A stretch of DNA of 64,000 nucleotides from Candidatus Bipolaricaulota bacterium. GTDB taxonomy: Bacteria > Bipolaricaulota > Bipolaricaulia > UBA7950 > UBA9294. Below the pieces are notes generated by a model that had not been told where the DNA came from, did not search any database, and worked only from the letters and a program-made list of their open reading frames with translations. The stretch spans positions 1-64,000 of the forward strand of contig JBFMGK010000073.1 of assembly GCA_040752575.1 (NCBI GenBank), read 5' to 3'. How positions within the stretch are numbered: position 1 is the first letter of the stretch; every line of letters begins with the position of its first letter. Below, piece by piece: positions 9,742 through 20,426 of the stretch. The position numbers and the translations under genes are program-made.

Positions 9742-11385
9742 CTAGCGGCCCGGACACTGCGCGGCCACGGCCGCGTCGATCCCCTTCTGCCCGTAGGCCT
9801 TTGCAAAGTGCGCAGCGAACTCGCCGGCGAGCCGGGTTGCCCGCGCGTCAAACGCCGACTTGTCGCTCCAGGTGTCGCGCGGTCGCAAGACGGCGTCCGC
9901 AACGCCGGGACAGGTTCGCGGCACGGCGACGTGGAACGTTCGATCTTCGGCGTATTCCACGGAGTCGAGTTCTCCCTCGAGCGCCGCGCGGACCATGGTC
10001 CGCGTGAGGGCGATGTCCATGCGCCGTCCGACGCCGAACGGACCGCCGCTCCATCCGGTGTTTACGAGGAAGACGCGCGTCCCGAAGCGGCCGAGCCGTT
10101 CGCCGAGCATGCGCGCGTAGACGTCCGGGTTCCGCGGCATGAAGGGCTCGCCGAAGAAACGTGAGAAGGTCGTCTTGGGCTCGTCGACCCCGGTCTCGGT
10201 GCCGGCCAGCTTGCTCGTGTACCCCATGAGGAACCAGAGCATGGCCTGGTCGTTGGTAAGCCGCGAGATGGGCGGAAGGACGCCGTTCGCGTCGGCCGTC
10301 AAGAACAGGATCGTCGACGGGTGACCGGCTGCAGCGGACGGCTTGACGTGGCCGAGGTAGGACAAGGGGAACGAGGCACGCGAGTTGGGCGTAAGGCGAT
10401 CGTCGTTGAGGTCGTAGCTCCCGTCGGGATAGACCATGAGGTTCTCCAGGATCGCCCCGTGAGAGCGCCAGTCGTCCTCGTGGAAGGCGGCCGCGTAGAT
10501 CTCCGGCTCCTTGACCGGATTCAGCCCGATGAGTTTGGCATAGCAGCCGTTCTCGAGATTCCAGACGCCGTCATCGCTCCATCCGTGCTCATCGTCGCCG
10601 AGCAGCGCTCGCGTCGGGTCGGCGGACAGCGTCGTCTTCCCCGTTCCCGACAGGCCGAGAAGCAGGGCCGAGTCGCCGCGCCGTCCCTCGTTTGCCGAGC
10701 AGTGAAGCGGCAGAACGCCGACGCCCGGCAGGAGGTAGTTCATCACCGAGAACATGAGCTTCTTCACCGAGCCGCAGTACGCCGAGCCATAGACGATCCC
10801 GATCCGGCGATCGAAGTCCATCGCGATCGCCATCGTCGTGGTCGTGCCGGTGGCCGGATCTGCGCGAAGACGGCCTGCGTACCGCGCAGCGTCCAGCTTG
10901 TCATGAGGCAGAACGAGGAGCGTGAACGGGCGCTCGGCGAAGACGCTCGCCATCCCGTCGTGAGAGACGGGGCGGAACATGTTGTCGGTGAACAGCGCGA
11001 TCAACGCGCGATCGGTGATCGTCTGCGTCGCGAGCGCGTAGCGGGAGTCAGCTCCAAGCAACCGATCGGTCACGTAGAGCCGCTCCTTCGACGCCAAGGC
11101 CGCCACGGCGTCGTCGAACAGGAGGTCGAACGTCTCCTCGGAGATCGGAAGGTTGTTCGGCGAGTCCCAATCGATGTTCCGCTCACTGGATGCCCGTCGC
11201 ACGCAGACCGTGTCCTGAGGACTCCGTCCCGTCGACTCGGGGCGCGTCCAGGTCGCGAGAGATCCGTTCCGCGTGAGGATGGCGTCGCGGCTCTCGACCG
11301 ACGCTTCGATCAGCGCCTTCCGCGAAGCGTTGCGAATCGTGCTCGACCGCTCGATCAGCGCGGCAATCCTGTCGTCCTGGTTCAT
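9742..11385 (-). CDS. pckA: Phosphoenolpyruvate carboxykinase (ATP)
   Basis: STGRSP, LHCSAN, GLSGTGKTTLS, LGDDEHGW, ENGCYAK, FLTADANGVLPP, LVNTGW. Confidence 0.95.
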   Translation of the reverse strand: MNQDDRIAALIERSSTIRNASRKALIEASVESRDAILTRNGSLATWTRPESTGRSPQDTVCVRRASSERNIDWDSPNNLPISEETFDLLFDDAVAALASKERLYVTDRLLGADSRYALATQTITDRALIALFTDNMFRPVSHDGMASVFAERPFTLLVLPHDKLDAARYAGRLRADPATGTTTTMAIAMDFDRRIGIVYGSAYCGSVKKLMFSVMNYLLPGVGVLPLHCSANEGRRGDSALLLGLSGTGKTTLSADPTRALLGDDEHGWSDDGVWNLENGCYAKLIGLNPVKEPEIYAAAFHEDDWRSHGAILENLMVYPDGSYDLNDDRLTPNSRASFPLSYLGHVKPSAAAGHPSTILFLTADANGVLPPISRLTNDQAMLWFLMGYTSKLAGTETGVDEPKTTFSRFFGEPFMPRNPDVYARMLGERLGRFGTRVFLVNTGWSGGPFGVGRRMDIALTRTMVRAALEGELDSVEYAEDRTFHVAVPRTCPGVADAVLRPRDTWSDKSAFDARATRLAGEFAAHFAKAYGQKGIDAAVAAQCPGR

Positions 11386-11535
11386 GCCCGTGACGCGCTC
11401 TCTTTCCCGGCGATCGACTCCGCCGGTCCGGGGATGGTAGCCTGGTTCCCGCGCGCTTCCCAACGCGTCGTGCAATGAAGCAGGCGTTGACGGCGCCGGG
11501 CCTGCGGGGTGTAATGGCAGACAGGAAAGGGGGAC

Positions 11536-11772
11536 ATGAAGATGAATCTGACGGGCGACGTGCTGTTGCTTGTTGCGCCCCTTGCCGTCATCCAGATTCT
11601 GCTGGCCGTCATTGCGATCCGCGATTGGCTCCGCCGGGAGACCTATCTACTCCTCTCGAAGGCGGCATGGATCGTGGTCATCGTCGTCCTCGGCATCGTA
11701 GGCCCGACGCTCTATCTGACGCTCGGCCGCGGAGCCGAGCGCACGGAGGGCGATGGAAGCCATCCGGAGTAG
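11536..11772 (+). CDS. PLDc_N-domain small membrane protein (YxlE-like)
   Basis: Two hydrophobic helices, KAAWIVVIVVLGIVGPTLYL pattern; precedes an ABC-2 transporter. Confidence 0.75.
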   Translation: MKMNLTGDVLLLVAPLAVIQILLAVIAIRDWLRRETYLLLSKAAWIVVIVVLGIVGPTLYLTLGRGAERTEGDGSHPE

Positions 11773-12688
11773 GGGTCTCGTCAAGCGATACGAGCGGGGC
11801 CGCGTCGCGGCGCTCTCTGGCCTCGATCTGGACGTCCCGCAAGGCTCGGTGTTCGGCTTTCTCGGCCCCAATGGAGCGGGGAAGACGACGGCCATCAAGG
11901 TCTTCACCGGGCTGACCCGCCCCTCGTCGGGCGAAGCGTGGGTCGCTGGCGAGCCGGTGACGGGCGCGTCGCTCGCGCTTCGGGCGCAGATCGGATATCT
12001 CAGTCAGGATCAGCGCTTCGGCTCGTGGATGACGGGACGCGAGATCCTCGTGTTCGCCGGCAGGCTCTTCGGCGCGGGGAGGGAAGCCGCGCGACGCCGC
12101 GCCGATGAACTGCTTGAGATGTCGGGTCTCGCGACGGCCGGACGGCGCCGGGTTGGGGGATACTCGGGCGGCATGGTTCAGCGTCTCGGCATCGCCCAGG
12201 CCGTCGTCAGTTCGCCGCGGGTGCTGTTCCTCGACGAACCCTGCGCTTCGCTCGACCCTCTCGGGCGGCGCGATGTCTTGGACTTCATCGCCCGTCTGCG
12301 TGGACAGGCCACCGTCTTGATGTCGACGCACATCCTGGCCGACGTGGAGCGCGTGTGCGACACAGTAGGGATCATCCACCGCGGAGTCATGGTCGCCACC
12401 GCGAAGACCGCCGAACTCGGGCAGACGGTGGCTCCTCCTGTTCTCGCACTGGACTTCGAGACGGCGGACGGGGCGGCCGCCTTTTCCTCCGCGTGGGATG
12501 CCGGGCACGCCTTGGCGTCGGTGTCGATCAACGGCGCGCACGTCGAGCTGCGCGCACCGCACCTGGGCGCCGCGCGGGCGGCGGCCCTCGCGCTCGTCGC
12601 CGCCCACGGTCTTCCCCTCACACGTCTCGAGACCCGCTCCGCTTCACTCGAGGACATCTTCGTGCAGCTGGTCGGAGGGTCATCATGA
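11753..12688 (+). CDS. ABC-2 type transporter ATP-binding protein
   Basis: GPNGAGKTT, YSGGMVQR, LFLDEP, STH. Confidence 0.92.
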   Translation: MEAIRSRGLVKRYERGRVAALSGLDLDVPQGSVFGFLGPNGAGKTTAIKVFTGLTRPSSGEAWVAGEPVTGASLALRAQIGYLSQDQRFGSWMTGREILVFAGRLFGAGREAARRRADELLEMSGLATAGRRRVGGYSGGMVQRLGIAQAVVSSPRVLFLDEPCASLDPLGRRDVLDFIARLRGQATVLMSTHILADVERVCDTVGIIHRGVMVATAKTAELGQTVAPPVLALDFETADGAAAFSSAWDAGHALASVSINGAHVELRAPHLGAARAAALALVAAHGLPLTRLETRSASLEDIFVQLVGGSS

Positions 12689-13449
12689 GCCGCAGGAACT
12701 TTCCTGTCCTGGTCGCGAAGGAGTTTCGCGAACAGGTGAGAAGCCACCGACTTCTCGTGATCCTGCTGGCCTTCGTCTTCTTCGGGCTCGCCTCGCCGAT
12801 GCTCGCAAAGTTCACGCCGGACATCGTGAAGTCCGTGAGTGCCGGACAGGGCATCGAGATCAGCGTTCCCGAACCGACCGCGGCGGACGCCGTCGCCCAG
12901 TACGTCAAGAACCTGTCGCAGATCGTGCTCTTCGTGCTCGTGTTTCTCACAATGGGCGCCGTCGTCTCGGAGAAGGAGCGCGGCACGGCGGTCTTCGTCC
13001 TTGTGAAGCCCGTGTCCCGGTCGAGCTTCCTCGCAGCCAAGCTGTGCACCCTGTGGGCCTCCGTGTCCGCAGGACTCGTTCTCTCGGCCCTCTGTGCTTA
13101 CGCCTACACGACCCTCCTGTTCGCGCCGCCAGGCGCCGGCCGCTTCGCCCTCGCCGGCGCGCTGCTTCTCGCACACATTCTGACGTTCGTCACGACGACC
13201 TTCTTCTTCAGCACAGCCGCGCGCTCGCAGGCCGTGGCAGGCGTCCTCTCTTTCCTGGTCTGGATTCTTCTCGCTTCGCTGAGCAACGTGGGCTACGTGA
13301 GCGAGTTTCTCCCAGGGCGCCTGCTCTCGCTCTCTCTCGAGGCGGCTCTTGGGGGGCGCATCGCCTGGGAACCGCTGGTAGGGAGCGCTGCGCTCATCGT
13401 TCTGTCGTGGGTCGGAGCCGTCGGATTCCTGCGACGGTGGGAGCCGTAG
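12685..13449 (+). CDS. ABC-2 type transporter permease (YxlG-like)
   Basis: KEFRE start, about 6 TM helices, EKERGT...KPVSR...AK motif; ATGA overlap. Confidence 0.88.
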   Translation: MSRRNFPVLVAKEFREQVRSHRLLVILLAFVFFGLASPMLAKFTPDIVKSVSAGQGIEISVPEPTAADAVAQYVKNLSQIVLFVLVFLTMGAVVSEKERGTAVFVLVKPVSRSSFLAAKLCTLWASVSAGLVLSALCAYAYTTLLFAPPGAGRFALAGALLLAHILTFVTTTFFFSTAARSQAVAGVLSFLVWILLASLSNVGYVSEFLPGRLLSLSLEAALGGRIAWEPLVGSAALIVLSWVGAVGFLRRWEP

Positions 13450-13458
13450 CCGCAGCCG

Positions 13459-14229
13459 TCAAGCCGCGGGGATTCCGAAGAGCCTGCTGGCATTCTCGCG
13501 GGTCGCACGTTGGACGTCGTCCATCGACAGGCCGCGCAGGTGCGCCACCGCTTCGGCCACCCTTTCCACGTACCTGGGTTCGTTCCGCGTTCCGCGGTGC
13601 GGCACGGGTGTGAGATAGGGGCAGTCGGTCTCGAGAAGCAGTCGATCCAGCGGCACGCGTGCGACGGCTTCGCGAAGCGCCGAGTTCGCCGGATAGGTGA
13701 TGGGCCCCCCAACCCCGAGGTACAGACCCCTCTCCATCAAGGTTTCGGCCAGGTTCCGGTCGCCGAGAAAAGAGTGGACGACGCCCCGGTGCGTTCGCCC
13801 CGTCCGGCGGAGGACGTCCAGAAGGTCGTCCGTCGACTCCCGATTGTGCAGGATCATCGGCAGGTTAAGGCGTCGCGCCATCTCGATTTGCTCGGCGAAG
13901 GCGCGACGCTGGACGTCGCGCGGCGAAAGGTCTCGGTAGTAGTCGAGTCCGATCTCTCCCACGGCGACGACGTTCGGCTGCCCGGCCAGAGTCTCGAGCT
14001 CCCGCAAGGCCGCCGCATCCATCTCCTTGGCATCGTGGGGATGGATCCCGACGGCTGCCCAGATGTGCCGGTGGCGTTGCGCAAGGCGAACGGCCTCGCG
14101 GCTCGACGCGAGGTCAACTCCAACCGTCAATACGCCGATCCCGAGTTCGTGCAGGTGCCCGATGAGCGCCGCCCGATCCGCGTCGAACGCCCGGTCGTCG
14201 AGGTGGGCGTGGGTGTCGATCAGTCGCAC
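13459..14229 (-). CDS. tatD: TatD family nuclease
   Basis: IDTHAHLD, GIHPH, GEIGLDY, LLETDCPYL, RNEP. Confidence 0.93.
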   Translation of the reverse strand: MRLIDTHAHLDDRAFDADRAALIGHLHELGIGVLTVGVDLASSREAVRLAQRHRHIWAAVGIHPHDAKEMDAAALRELETLAGQPNVVAVGEIGLDYYRDLSPRDVQRRAFAEQIEMARRLNLPMILHNRESTDDLLDVLRRTGRTHRGVVHSFLGDRNLAETLMERGLYLGVGGPITYPANSALREAVARVPLDRLLLETDCPYLTPVPHRGTRNEPRYVERVAEAVAHLRGLSMDDVQRATRENASRLFGIPAA

Positions 14230-15773
14230 CGTTCAACCTCGCGGAACGCAGCGGGCAAGAGGTCGACGACGTCGCTCGCGACGAGCGATCGTTCCGCGCC
14301 CGTCGAGGCAAACCGCTCGGCCGCCAGCCCGTGGACGAACGCCGCCGTCACCGCGGCATCGGGCGGGCTCGCGCCACCGGCCAACAGACCGGCGAGCATC
14401 CCCGTCAGAACATCTCCGCTGCCGGCCGTCGCCAGTCCCGAGTTTCCCGTAGGGTTCAGGTAAAGCGAACCCTCGGGCTCCGCGATCACGGTCGGACGCC
14501 CCTTCAACAGCGTGAGGACTCCGTACCGGTCGGCGAACTGCCGAGCTGCCTGGACGCGCCGACGGTCGATCCCTGCTGCGTCTTCCCCCGTCCACAAGGC
14601 GAGTTCGCCCGGGTGAGGCGTCGCGATCACCCGACCGCCGAGTTCGGCAAGCCTCGCCGGCTCGCCGCGCAGGGCGACGAAGGCATCCGCATCGAGCACG
14701 ACGGGACCTCGACACTCGCCAAGAAGCCGAACGATTTCGGACGACGTCTCAAGATCGCGCCCCAGGCCGGGCCCGATCGCAAGGACGTCGGCGCGGGCGA
14801 GCTGCGGACCCACTGCGTCTGCGGTTCCTGCAGCCAGAGCCCCGTCTCGCTCGGGCGCCGCCACGGTGATCACCTCGGGCGCCGCGCCGTTCGCAATCGG
14901 GGCAAGCGACGCGGGCAGCACCAGGGTCACAAGGCCTGCGCCGGCGCGCAACGCCGAACGGCAGGCCAGAATCGCCGAGCCCGTCATGCCGCGCGAGCCG
15001 GCAACCACGAGGACCCTGCCGAACGTCCCCTTATGGCCATCCGGCCGACGCATGGGGAGCCGGCGCCTCACGCCCGGCCGACCGGCGACCCGCGCCCATG
15101 ACACGACACTCTGCAGCGCGCGTTCAGGATAGGCGACGGAAACGACGGCGACGTTGCCGCAGAGGCCGGCCGCAGGGAAGAGGAGGTGTGCGGGCTTGAG
15201 GGCGAACATCGCGAGCGTCACGTCGGCCCGTACCGCGGGTCCGTTCAGATCGCCAACGTCGGCAAGAACGCCGCTCGGCACGTCGAGACTCACGACCCGC
15301 GCTTCGGATCGCCCAAACCCCTCGGCTAGTTCGGCCATCGCCCCGTCAAGCGGGCGGGAGAGACCCGTCCCGGTGAGACCGTCGACCACAGCACTCGCCC
15401 AGGTCAGGGCCTCTTCGGTCGCCGCGCACCCAGGTTCGGCAGGCGTCGCTTCGATCCCCCTCGCCTCGAGGCGCTCCAGCGCGTCGCGCGCCGCCGCGCT
15501 GCGGCGCTCGGGATCCCCCACGAGGAAGGCCCGGACCGAGAGCCCCTTCTCGGCGAGGGCCCTCGCGACGACGAGCGCGTCGGCGCCGTTGCCCCCTGGC
15601 CCGGCAAATACCGCGATCCGGTGCGCGTGGACGTGGCGCTCGATCCACTCCGCCGCGCCGCGCCCCGCGCTCTCGACGAGATCCGACACGCCGACGCCGA
15701 GCTTCACGGCAAGGTCGTCGAGGCGCCGTTGCTCTGCCGCCGTGATGACCAGCGTCTCGTCTCCCCGAATCAC
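14220..15773 (-). CDS. nnr: Bifunctional NAD(P)HX epimerase/dehydratase
   Basis: GPGGNGAD, LDVPSG, HKGTFGRV, GPGLG, DADA, TPHPGE, ATAGSGDVLTG. The GTG start overlaps the miaA stop. Confidence 0.92.
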   Translation of the reverse strand: MIRGDETLVITAAEQRRLDDLAVKLGVGVSDLVESAGRGAAEWIERHVHAHRIAVFAGPGGNGADALVVARALAEKGLSVRAFLVGDPERRSAAARDALERLEARGIEATPAEPGCAATEEALTWASAVVDGLTGTGLSRPLDGAMAELAEGFGRSEARVVSLDVPSGVLADVGDLNGPAVRADVTLAMFALKPAHLLFPAAGLCGNVAVVSVAYPERALQSVVSWARVAGRPGVRRRLPMRRPDGHKGTFGRVLVVAGSRGMTGSAILACRSALRAGAGLVTLVLPASLAPIANGAAPEVITVAAPERDGALAAGTADAVGPQLARADVLAIGPGLGRDLETSSEIVRLLGECRGPVVLDADAFVALRGEPARLAELGGRVIATPHPGELALWTGEDAAGIDRRRVQAARQFADRYGVLTLLKGRPTVIAEPEGSLYLNPTGNSGLATAGSGDVLTGMLAGLLAGGASPPDAAVTAAFVHGLAAERFASTGAERSLVASDVVDLLPAAFREVERCD

Positions 15774-16702
15774 GTTGTTCCCTCTTCCTGCCGCCAAAAG
15801 GCGACGATCTCCTCGGCAACGTCCGCCGCCGTCCGTTGGGTCACGTCGATCCATCGTACGTCGGGCTCGCGGCGAAACCAGCTCATCTGCCTGCGCGCCA
15901 ACGCCCACGTGTCGCGAAGCAGCGCCTCCCGAAGCGCCGTCTCGCTGCCGCCGTCGAGCGCCGCGATGGCCTCGCGAACGCCTACCGAACGGTAGGCCTG
16001 ACATGCAGGCGTCAGGCCGCCGTGGCGCCAGCCCGCCGCTTCGCGGAGCAGCCCGGCGTCCAGCATCCTTCTCGCCCGGGCGGCGATCGCGGCCCGATGT
16101 TCGTCCGCCCGGCACTGCAGGCCGAAACGTCGAAAGCGAAACGACAGCGGCTCGGCCTCGCGCTGCAGGGCGCTCATCGCACGCCCCGTCGAGGCGTGCA
16201 CCTCGAGCGCGCGCACGATCCGCAGGCGGTCGTGCGCGTGGATCGCCACCGCTGCGTCGGGATCCACATGGGCCAGCCTGGCGTGCAGCTCTGCACTCGG
16301 CACGCCGGCGACGGAGTCTCGAAATGACGGATCCTTGCCCGGTCCTTCGAACAGGCCGCGCAAGACGGCCGCAAGGTAGAGCGTCGCCCCGCCGGCCAAG
16401 ATGGGGACGCGACCGCGTCCCGCGATGTCGGGGACGAGCTTCGCGACGTCGCGGCGGAATTCCATCGCATCGTACGAGCCGTCCATCGGCACGCGGTCGA
16501 TGAGGTGGTGCGGAACCCTGTTCCGTTCTTCGGGCGTCGGCTTGGCTGTGACGATGTCGAGCCCGGCGAAGAACGCGCGGGAGTCGGCCGAGATGATCTC
16601 TCCGTCCAGCGTCTCGGCGATTCGGATCGCGACGTCCGTCTTTCCCGTCGCCGTCGGGCCGAGCACCACGAGCACCGCGGGAACCGGCGACGGGCCCGGC
16701 AT
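15770..16702 (-). CDS. miaA: tRNA dimethylallyltransferase
   Basis: GPTATGKT, IISADS, IVTAKP, VPHHLID, RIVRALEV, ARRQMSWF. Confidence 0.93.
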   Translation of the reverse strand: MPGPSPVPAVLVVLGPTATGKTDVAIRIAETLDGEIISADSRAFFAGLDIVTAKPTPEERNRVPHHLIDRVPMDGSYDAMEFRRDVAKLVPDIAGRGRVPILAGGATLYLAAVLRGLFEGPGKDPSFRDSVAGVPSAELHARLAHVDPDAAVAIHAHDRLRIVRALEVHASTGRAMSALQREAEPLSFRFRRFGLQCRADEHRAAIAARARRMLDAGLLREAAGWRHGGLTPACQAYRSVGVREAIAALDGGSETALREALLRDTWALARRQMSWFRREPDVRWIDVTQRTAADVAEEIVAFWRQEEGTT

Positions 16703-16707
16703 GGAGC

Positions 16708-18096
16708 CTAGTCCTCCGCGAGAAGCAGCTCGCGGAACTTGCGCAGCTCGGCGCGCCGCGACGGATGCTTCAGCTTCTCGATCGCCTTGATCTCGATCTG
16801 TCGGACGCGCTCGCGCGTGATGTTGAACTTGAGCGACACGTCCTTGAGCGTCCTAGGGTGCCCGTCCTCCAATCCGTAGCGCAGCTTGAGGATCTCGCGC
16901 TCCCGCTCGTCGAGCTGATCGAGAGCGCGCGAGAGCTGCTCGCGCAGGAACATGCGGAACGTCTCCTTCGTCGGCGAGGGCGAGGCGGGGTCCTCGATGA
17001 AGTCGCCGAGCGTGTCCTCGTCCTCTTCGCCGATCGGGCGCTCGAGGGATGCCGTGTATTGGGACACGCTCTCGACCTTCTTGATCTTGTCGATCGACAT
17101 CCCGGTGAGCAGTGAGAGGTCTTCGAGCGTCGGAGCCGAGCCATGCGACTGGATGTACTCGCGCTTCACACGGTTCAGCTCTCGTACCGTCTCGATCATG
17201 TGAACCGGCACGCGAATCGTCCTCGACTGGTCGGCAATCGCTCGCGTGATGGCCTGACGAATCCACCAGGTAGCATAGGTCGAGAACTTGTAGCCGCGAG
17301 CGAAGTCGAACTTCTCGACCGCCTTCATGAGGCCCATATTCCCTTCCTGGATGAGGTCGAGAAACGAGAGCCCCCGGTTCATGTACCGCTTGGCGATGGA
17401 GACGACAAGGCGAAGGTTCGAGATCGTGAGCCGGTCCCGCGCCGCGCGCCCCTCGCGCACGAGCGCCTCGAGTTCGGCAATCGGCGTCTTGGCCGTCGGC
17501 AGCTCGCCCTTCAGCTTCTCCTCGAACGACGAGGACTGCAGAAGCTCGCCGGCTTCGACGCCGCGGCGCACGACGTCTTCCAGGTCGGCGCGCTCCACAG
17601 GAGAGAGTCCCTTCGCCGGCGCCTTCAGCCGCTTCGCGGCCTCCTTGCCGGCACGCTGCGCGATCGACAGCTCGGCGTAGGCGCCGATCTCCATCGCTTT
17701 GGCCAGCGTGACCTCTCCCTCCTTCGTGAGCAGGGGGACCTTCCCGATTTCGCGCAAGTAGGTCTTTACCGGGTCTTCTCGGCGATCGCTGCCTTCGCCG
17801 GCCTCCCAGTCCGCGGCGCGGCCGCGTGTCCGCGTCGTCGGCGCGGCCGGGGCTTCGCCGCCCTCTTCGTCGGCCGGCTCGTCGTCGCTCAAGAGGTCTT
17901 CGGGGTCGGCGAGGTCGTCCTCGAGACCGTCCTCGGAGGAGAGGTCGTCGTCTTCGGCCGCCTCTTCGTCGAGAAACGGAACGAGGGCATCGGGCTCGTC
18001 GCCCATCGGCTCGGTCCGCTCTTCGTCTCGAGTCGCCTCAAGGTCGGGTAGCGCGCGCGGCGCCTTCGCGGGCTTCTTCGCCTTCTTCTCGGCCAT
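16708..18096 (-). CDS. rpoD: RNA polymerase primary sigma factor
   Basis: [52 protein letters not shown]; lies downstream of dnaG. Confidence 0.95.
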   Translation of the reverse strand: MAEKKAKKPAKAPRALPDLEATRDEERTEPMGDEPDALVPFLDEEAAEDDDLSSEDGLEDDLADPEDLLSDDEPADEEGGEAPAAPTTRTRGRAADWEAGEGSDRREDPVKTYLREIGKVPLLTKEGEVTLAKAMEIGAYAELSIAQRAGKEAAKRLKAPAKGLSPVERADLEDVVRRGVEAGELLQSSSFEEKLKGELPTAKTPIAELEALVREGRAARDRLTISNLRLVVSIAKRYMNRGLSFLDLIQEGNMGLMKAVEKFDFARGYKFSTYATWWIRQAITRAIADQSRTIRVPVHMIETVRELNRVKREYIQSHGSAPTLEDLSLLTGMSIDKIKKVESVSQYTASLERPIGEEDEDTLGDFIEDPASPSPTKETFRMFLREQLSRALDQLDEREREILKLRYGLEDGHPRTLKDVSLKFNITRERVRQIEIKAIEKLKHPSRRAELRKFRELLLAED

Positions 18097-19846
18097 GCAA
18101 CCCCCTTCGCGCGTCTTTCGACACCAGCCTTTGTCTCTCTTTCATCAGCTCTTGCTGCAGCCTCGTCAGCTCTTCCCACCGGGCGCGGTCGCCCGCGGCG
18201 GATTTGAGCTCGGTGGCCACCGCCTCGAGTTTTCGCTCGACGGCCGGGACTCTCACCAGGCGGTCCAGCGCCTGCTCGAGCACCGACTCAACCCCCTTGC
18301 CGTAGTCGACCGGAGCCAGCGCGTAGTACGCGGCACGTTCTGCCGCGTCCGGTTGCCCCTGAAGGCGGTCGACGATCCATCGTGAGATGGTAGGCGATTT
18401 GGGCGCATCCGCCAGGGCCTCGACGATGGGACGGTTCGCCGGCGAGAAGTCGTCCAGACCGGCAACGGCGGAAACCCTGTCCCATTCCACCTCGCCGCGC
18501 AGCGCGAGGGCCAACAGGTCGTCCTCGGGTCCCCAAAGGACCGGAGGCGCCGTGTCGGCGGGCTCCTCTGCGGGACGCGGCACACGCCGGACGCGGGAGG
18601 ACAGCTCGCGCGCTACGCCTTCCCAAGGCAAATCGAGCAACTCGGCGATCCCCCGCGCGATCTGGTCGCGCAGGGGGAGGCTCTGCACGTCGTGGTAGAA
18701 CTCCCGCGCAGCAGCAAGAATGCGTTCCTTGCCTGAGACGGTCGAGGCGTCGTGGGCCTTGGCAAGGGAATCTAGGTAGAACGTGTGAAACGGCACCGCG
18801 ACCCGCAGCGCCTCGCGCATCGCCTCCGCGCCGTGTCGCCGCACCAGGCTGTCGGGATCCTCGCCTTCGGCAAGAACCGCCACGCGAACGCCAAGGCCGC
18901 TGTTGCGCAGGATCTGCATCCCGCGTACCGCTGCGGCGCCACCCGCTGCGTCGCGATCGTAGGCGATCACGACGTCGTCGACGAAGCGTTTGAACAGCTC
19001 GGCCTGGCCTTGGGTGAGGGCCGTCCCCATGCTGCCCACGACGTTGGCGATCCCCGCTTCGTGGAGCGTCAGGACATCGGTGTACCCCTCCACGAGGACC
19101 GCGAATCGCGCATCGCGCATTGCGTCGCGGGCGCTGTGCAGGCCATAGAGGAAGCGGCTCTTGTCGAACAACGGCGTCGCCGGGGAGTTCAGGTACTTGG
19201 GTTCGCCGTCGAACGCTCGGCCGCCGAATGCGACCGGTCTGCCCGACAGGTCGTGAATGGGGAAGATCGCCCGGTCGCGGAACCGATCGTAGACCCCCTT
19301 GTCTCCTTCCACGAGGAGGCCTGCAGCAAGAAGCGCTGGGATTCCGAACTTTCCCGCCAGCGCCCGCTTGATGCCGTCCCAACCCGGTAGAGCGTACCCA
19401 AGTCCATAGCGCTTCCACGCCGCTTCGTCGAATCCACGTCCGGTCAGGTAGTCCCGCGCACGGCGGCCTTCGCGGCCGCCGTGCAGGTTCGCGGCGAAGT
19501 GCTCGGCTGCGGCAGCGACCACGAGTCGGAGTTTCTCGCGCTCGCCGTCCTCTCGGCCCCTCTCGAGCGAGAGTCCCGCCTCCTCAGCGAGGCGCCCCGC
19601 GGCTTCGAGAAACGAGAGGCGTTCGATCTTCATGAGGAAGGCGATCGCGTCTCCACCCGCGCCGCAGCCAAAGCAGTGCCACAATCCCTTCTCCGGGTTC
19701 ACGACCATGGACGGCGTCGAGTCCTGGTGAAAGGGGCAGCGCCCCTTGTAGCTCGCACCGCTCTTCGCGAGCGTCACGTAGCGCGACACGAGCGATACGA
19801 TGTCGGTTCGCTCCTTGATCGCGCGGAGGTCCGCCCGCTCAGCCAT
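18038..19846 (-). CDS. dnaG: DNA primase
   Basis: CPFH...HCFGC zinc finger, PKYLNSP, VEGYTD, YDRDAAG TOPRIM, EDPD. Confidence 0.95.
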   Translation of the reverse strand: MAERADLRAIKERTDIVSLVSRYVTLAKSGASYKGRCPFHQDSTPSMVVNPEKGLWHCFGCGAGGDAIAFLMKIERLSFLEAAGRLAEEAGLSLERGREDGEREKLRLVVAAAAEHFAANLHGGREGRRARDYLTGRGFDEAAWKRYGLGYALPGWDGIKRALAGKFGIPALLAAGLLVEGDKGVYDRFRDRAIFPIHDLSGRPVAFGGRAFDGEPKYLNSPATPLFDKSRFLYGLHSARDAMRDARFAVLVEGYTDVLTLHEAGIANVVGSMGTALTQGQAELFKRFVDDVVIAYDRDAAGGAAAVRGMQILRNSGLGVRVAVLAEGEDPDSLVRRHGAEAMREALRVAVPFHTFYLDSLAKAHDASTVSGKERILAAAREFYHDVQSLPLRDQIARGIAELLDLPWEGVARELSSRVRRVPRPAEEPADTAPPVLWGPEDDLLALALRGEVEWDRVSAVAGLDDFSPANRPIVEALADAPKSPTISRWIVDRLQGQPDAAERAAYYALAPVDYGKGVESVLEQALDRLVRVPAVERKLEAVATELKSAAGDRARWEELTRLQQELMKERQRLVSKDARRGLHGREEGEEAREGAARATRP

Positions 19847-19849
19847 GGC

Positions 19850-20416
19850 TTACCCCGCACCGCCGAGAAACGGATTCGTCGACCGCTCTCGCGCGAGCGT
19901 CGTGGGCTCGCCGTGGCCCGGATAGACAAGCCAGTCCCCGGGAAGCGCAACCACGCGCGCCAGCGACCGATCCATGTCGTCGTCGTTGCCCCCGGGGAGA
20001 TCCGTTCGCCCGATCGACCCCGCGAATAGCAGGTCCCCGGACAGGATGGCGCCTTCAACGAGGAAGACCACGCTGCCCGGGGAGTGGCCCGGCGTGTGCA
20101 TCACCCGGATGCCGGGGACGACCTCCTGACCGTCTTCCAGCAGGAGGTCAAACGGAGGATGATGTGGGAAGAACAGGCGGACGACCGGCAGGTCCTCGCG
20201 ATGGATGCCGATTCGGGCTGCGCCAAGCGACCAGTTGCCGCCCGTGTGGTCGAAGTGGCCGTGCGTATTGAGCACCAGGTCCGGCCGGCGATCGCCGAGC
20301 AGCCGACGAAGCTCGGCGGAGTTCGTCGCGGGGTCCACGACCACGAGGTGGGCTTCGGTCTCGACAACATAGCAGTTCGTCGCGAGCGCCCCAAGGCAGA
20401 CGGTTCTCACCCTCAC
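19850..20416 (-). CDS. MBL-fold metallo-hydrolase (glyoxalase II-like)
   Basis: THGHFDH, HTPGHSPGS, SGDLLF, PGHG; SD AGGAGG. Confidence 0.9.
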   Translation of the reverse strand: MRVRTVCLGALATNCYVVETEAHLVVVDPATNSAELRRLLGDRRPDLVLNTHGHFDHTGGNWSLGAARIGIHREDLPVVRLFFPHHPPFDLLLEDGQEVVPGIRVMHTPGHSPGSVVFLVEGAILSGDLLFAGSIGRTDLPGGNDDDMDRSLARVVALPGDWLVYPGHGEPTTLARERSTNPFLGGAG

Positions 20417-20426
20417 GGCGCACCTC

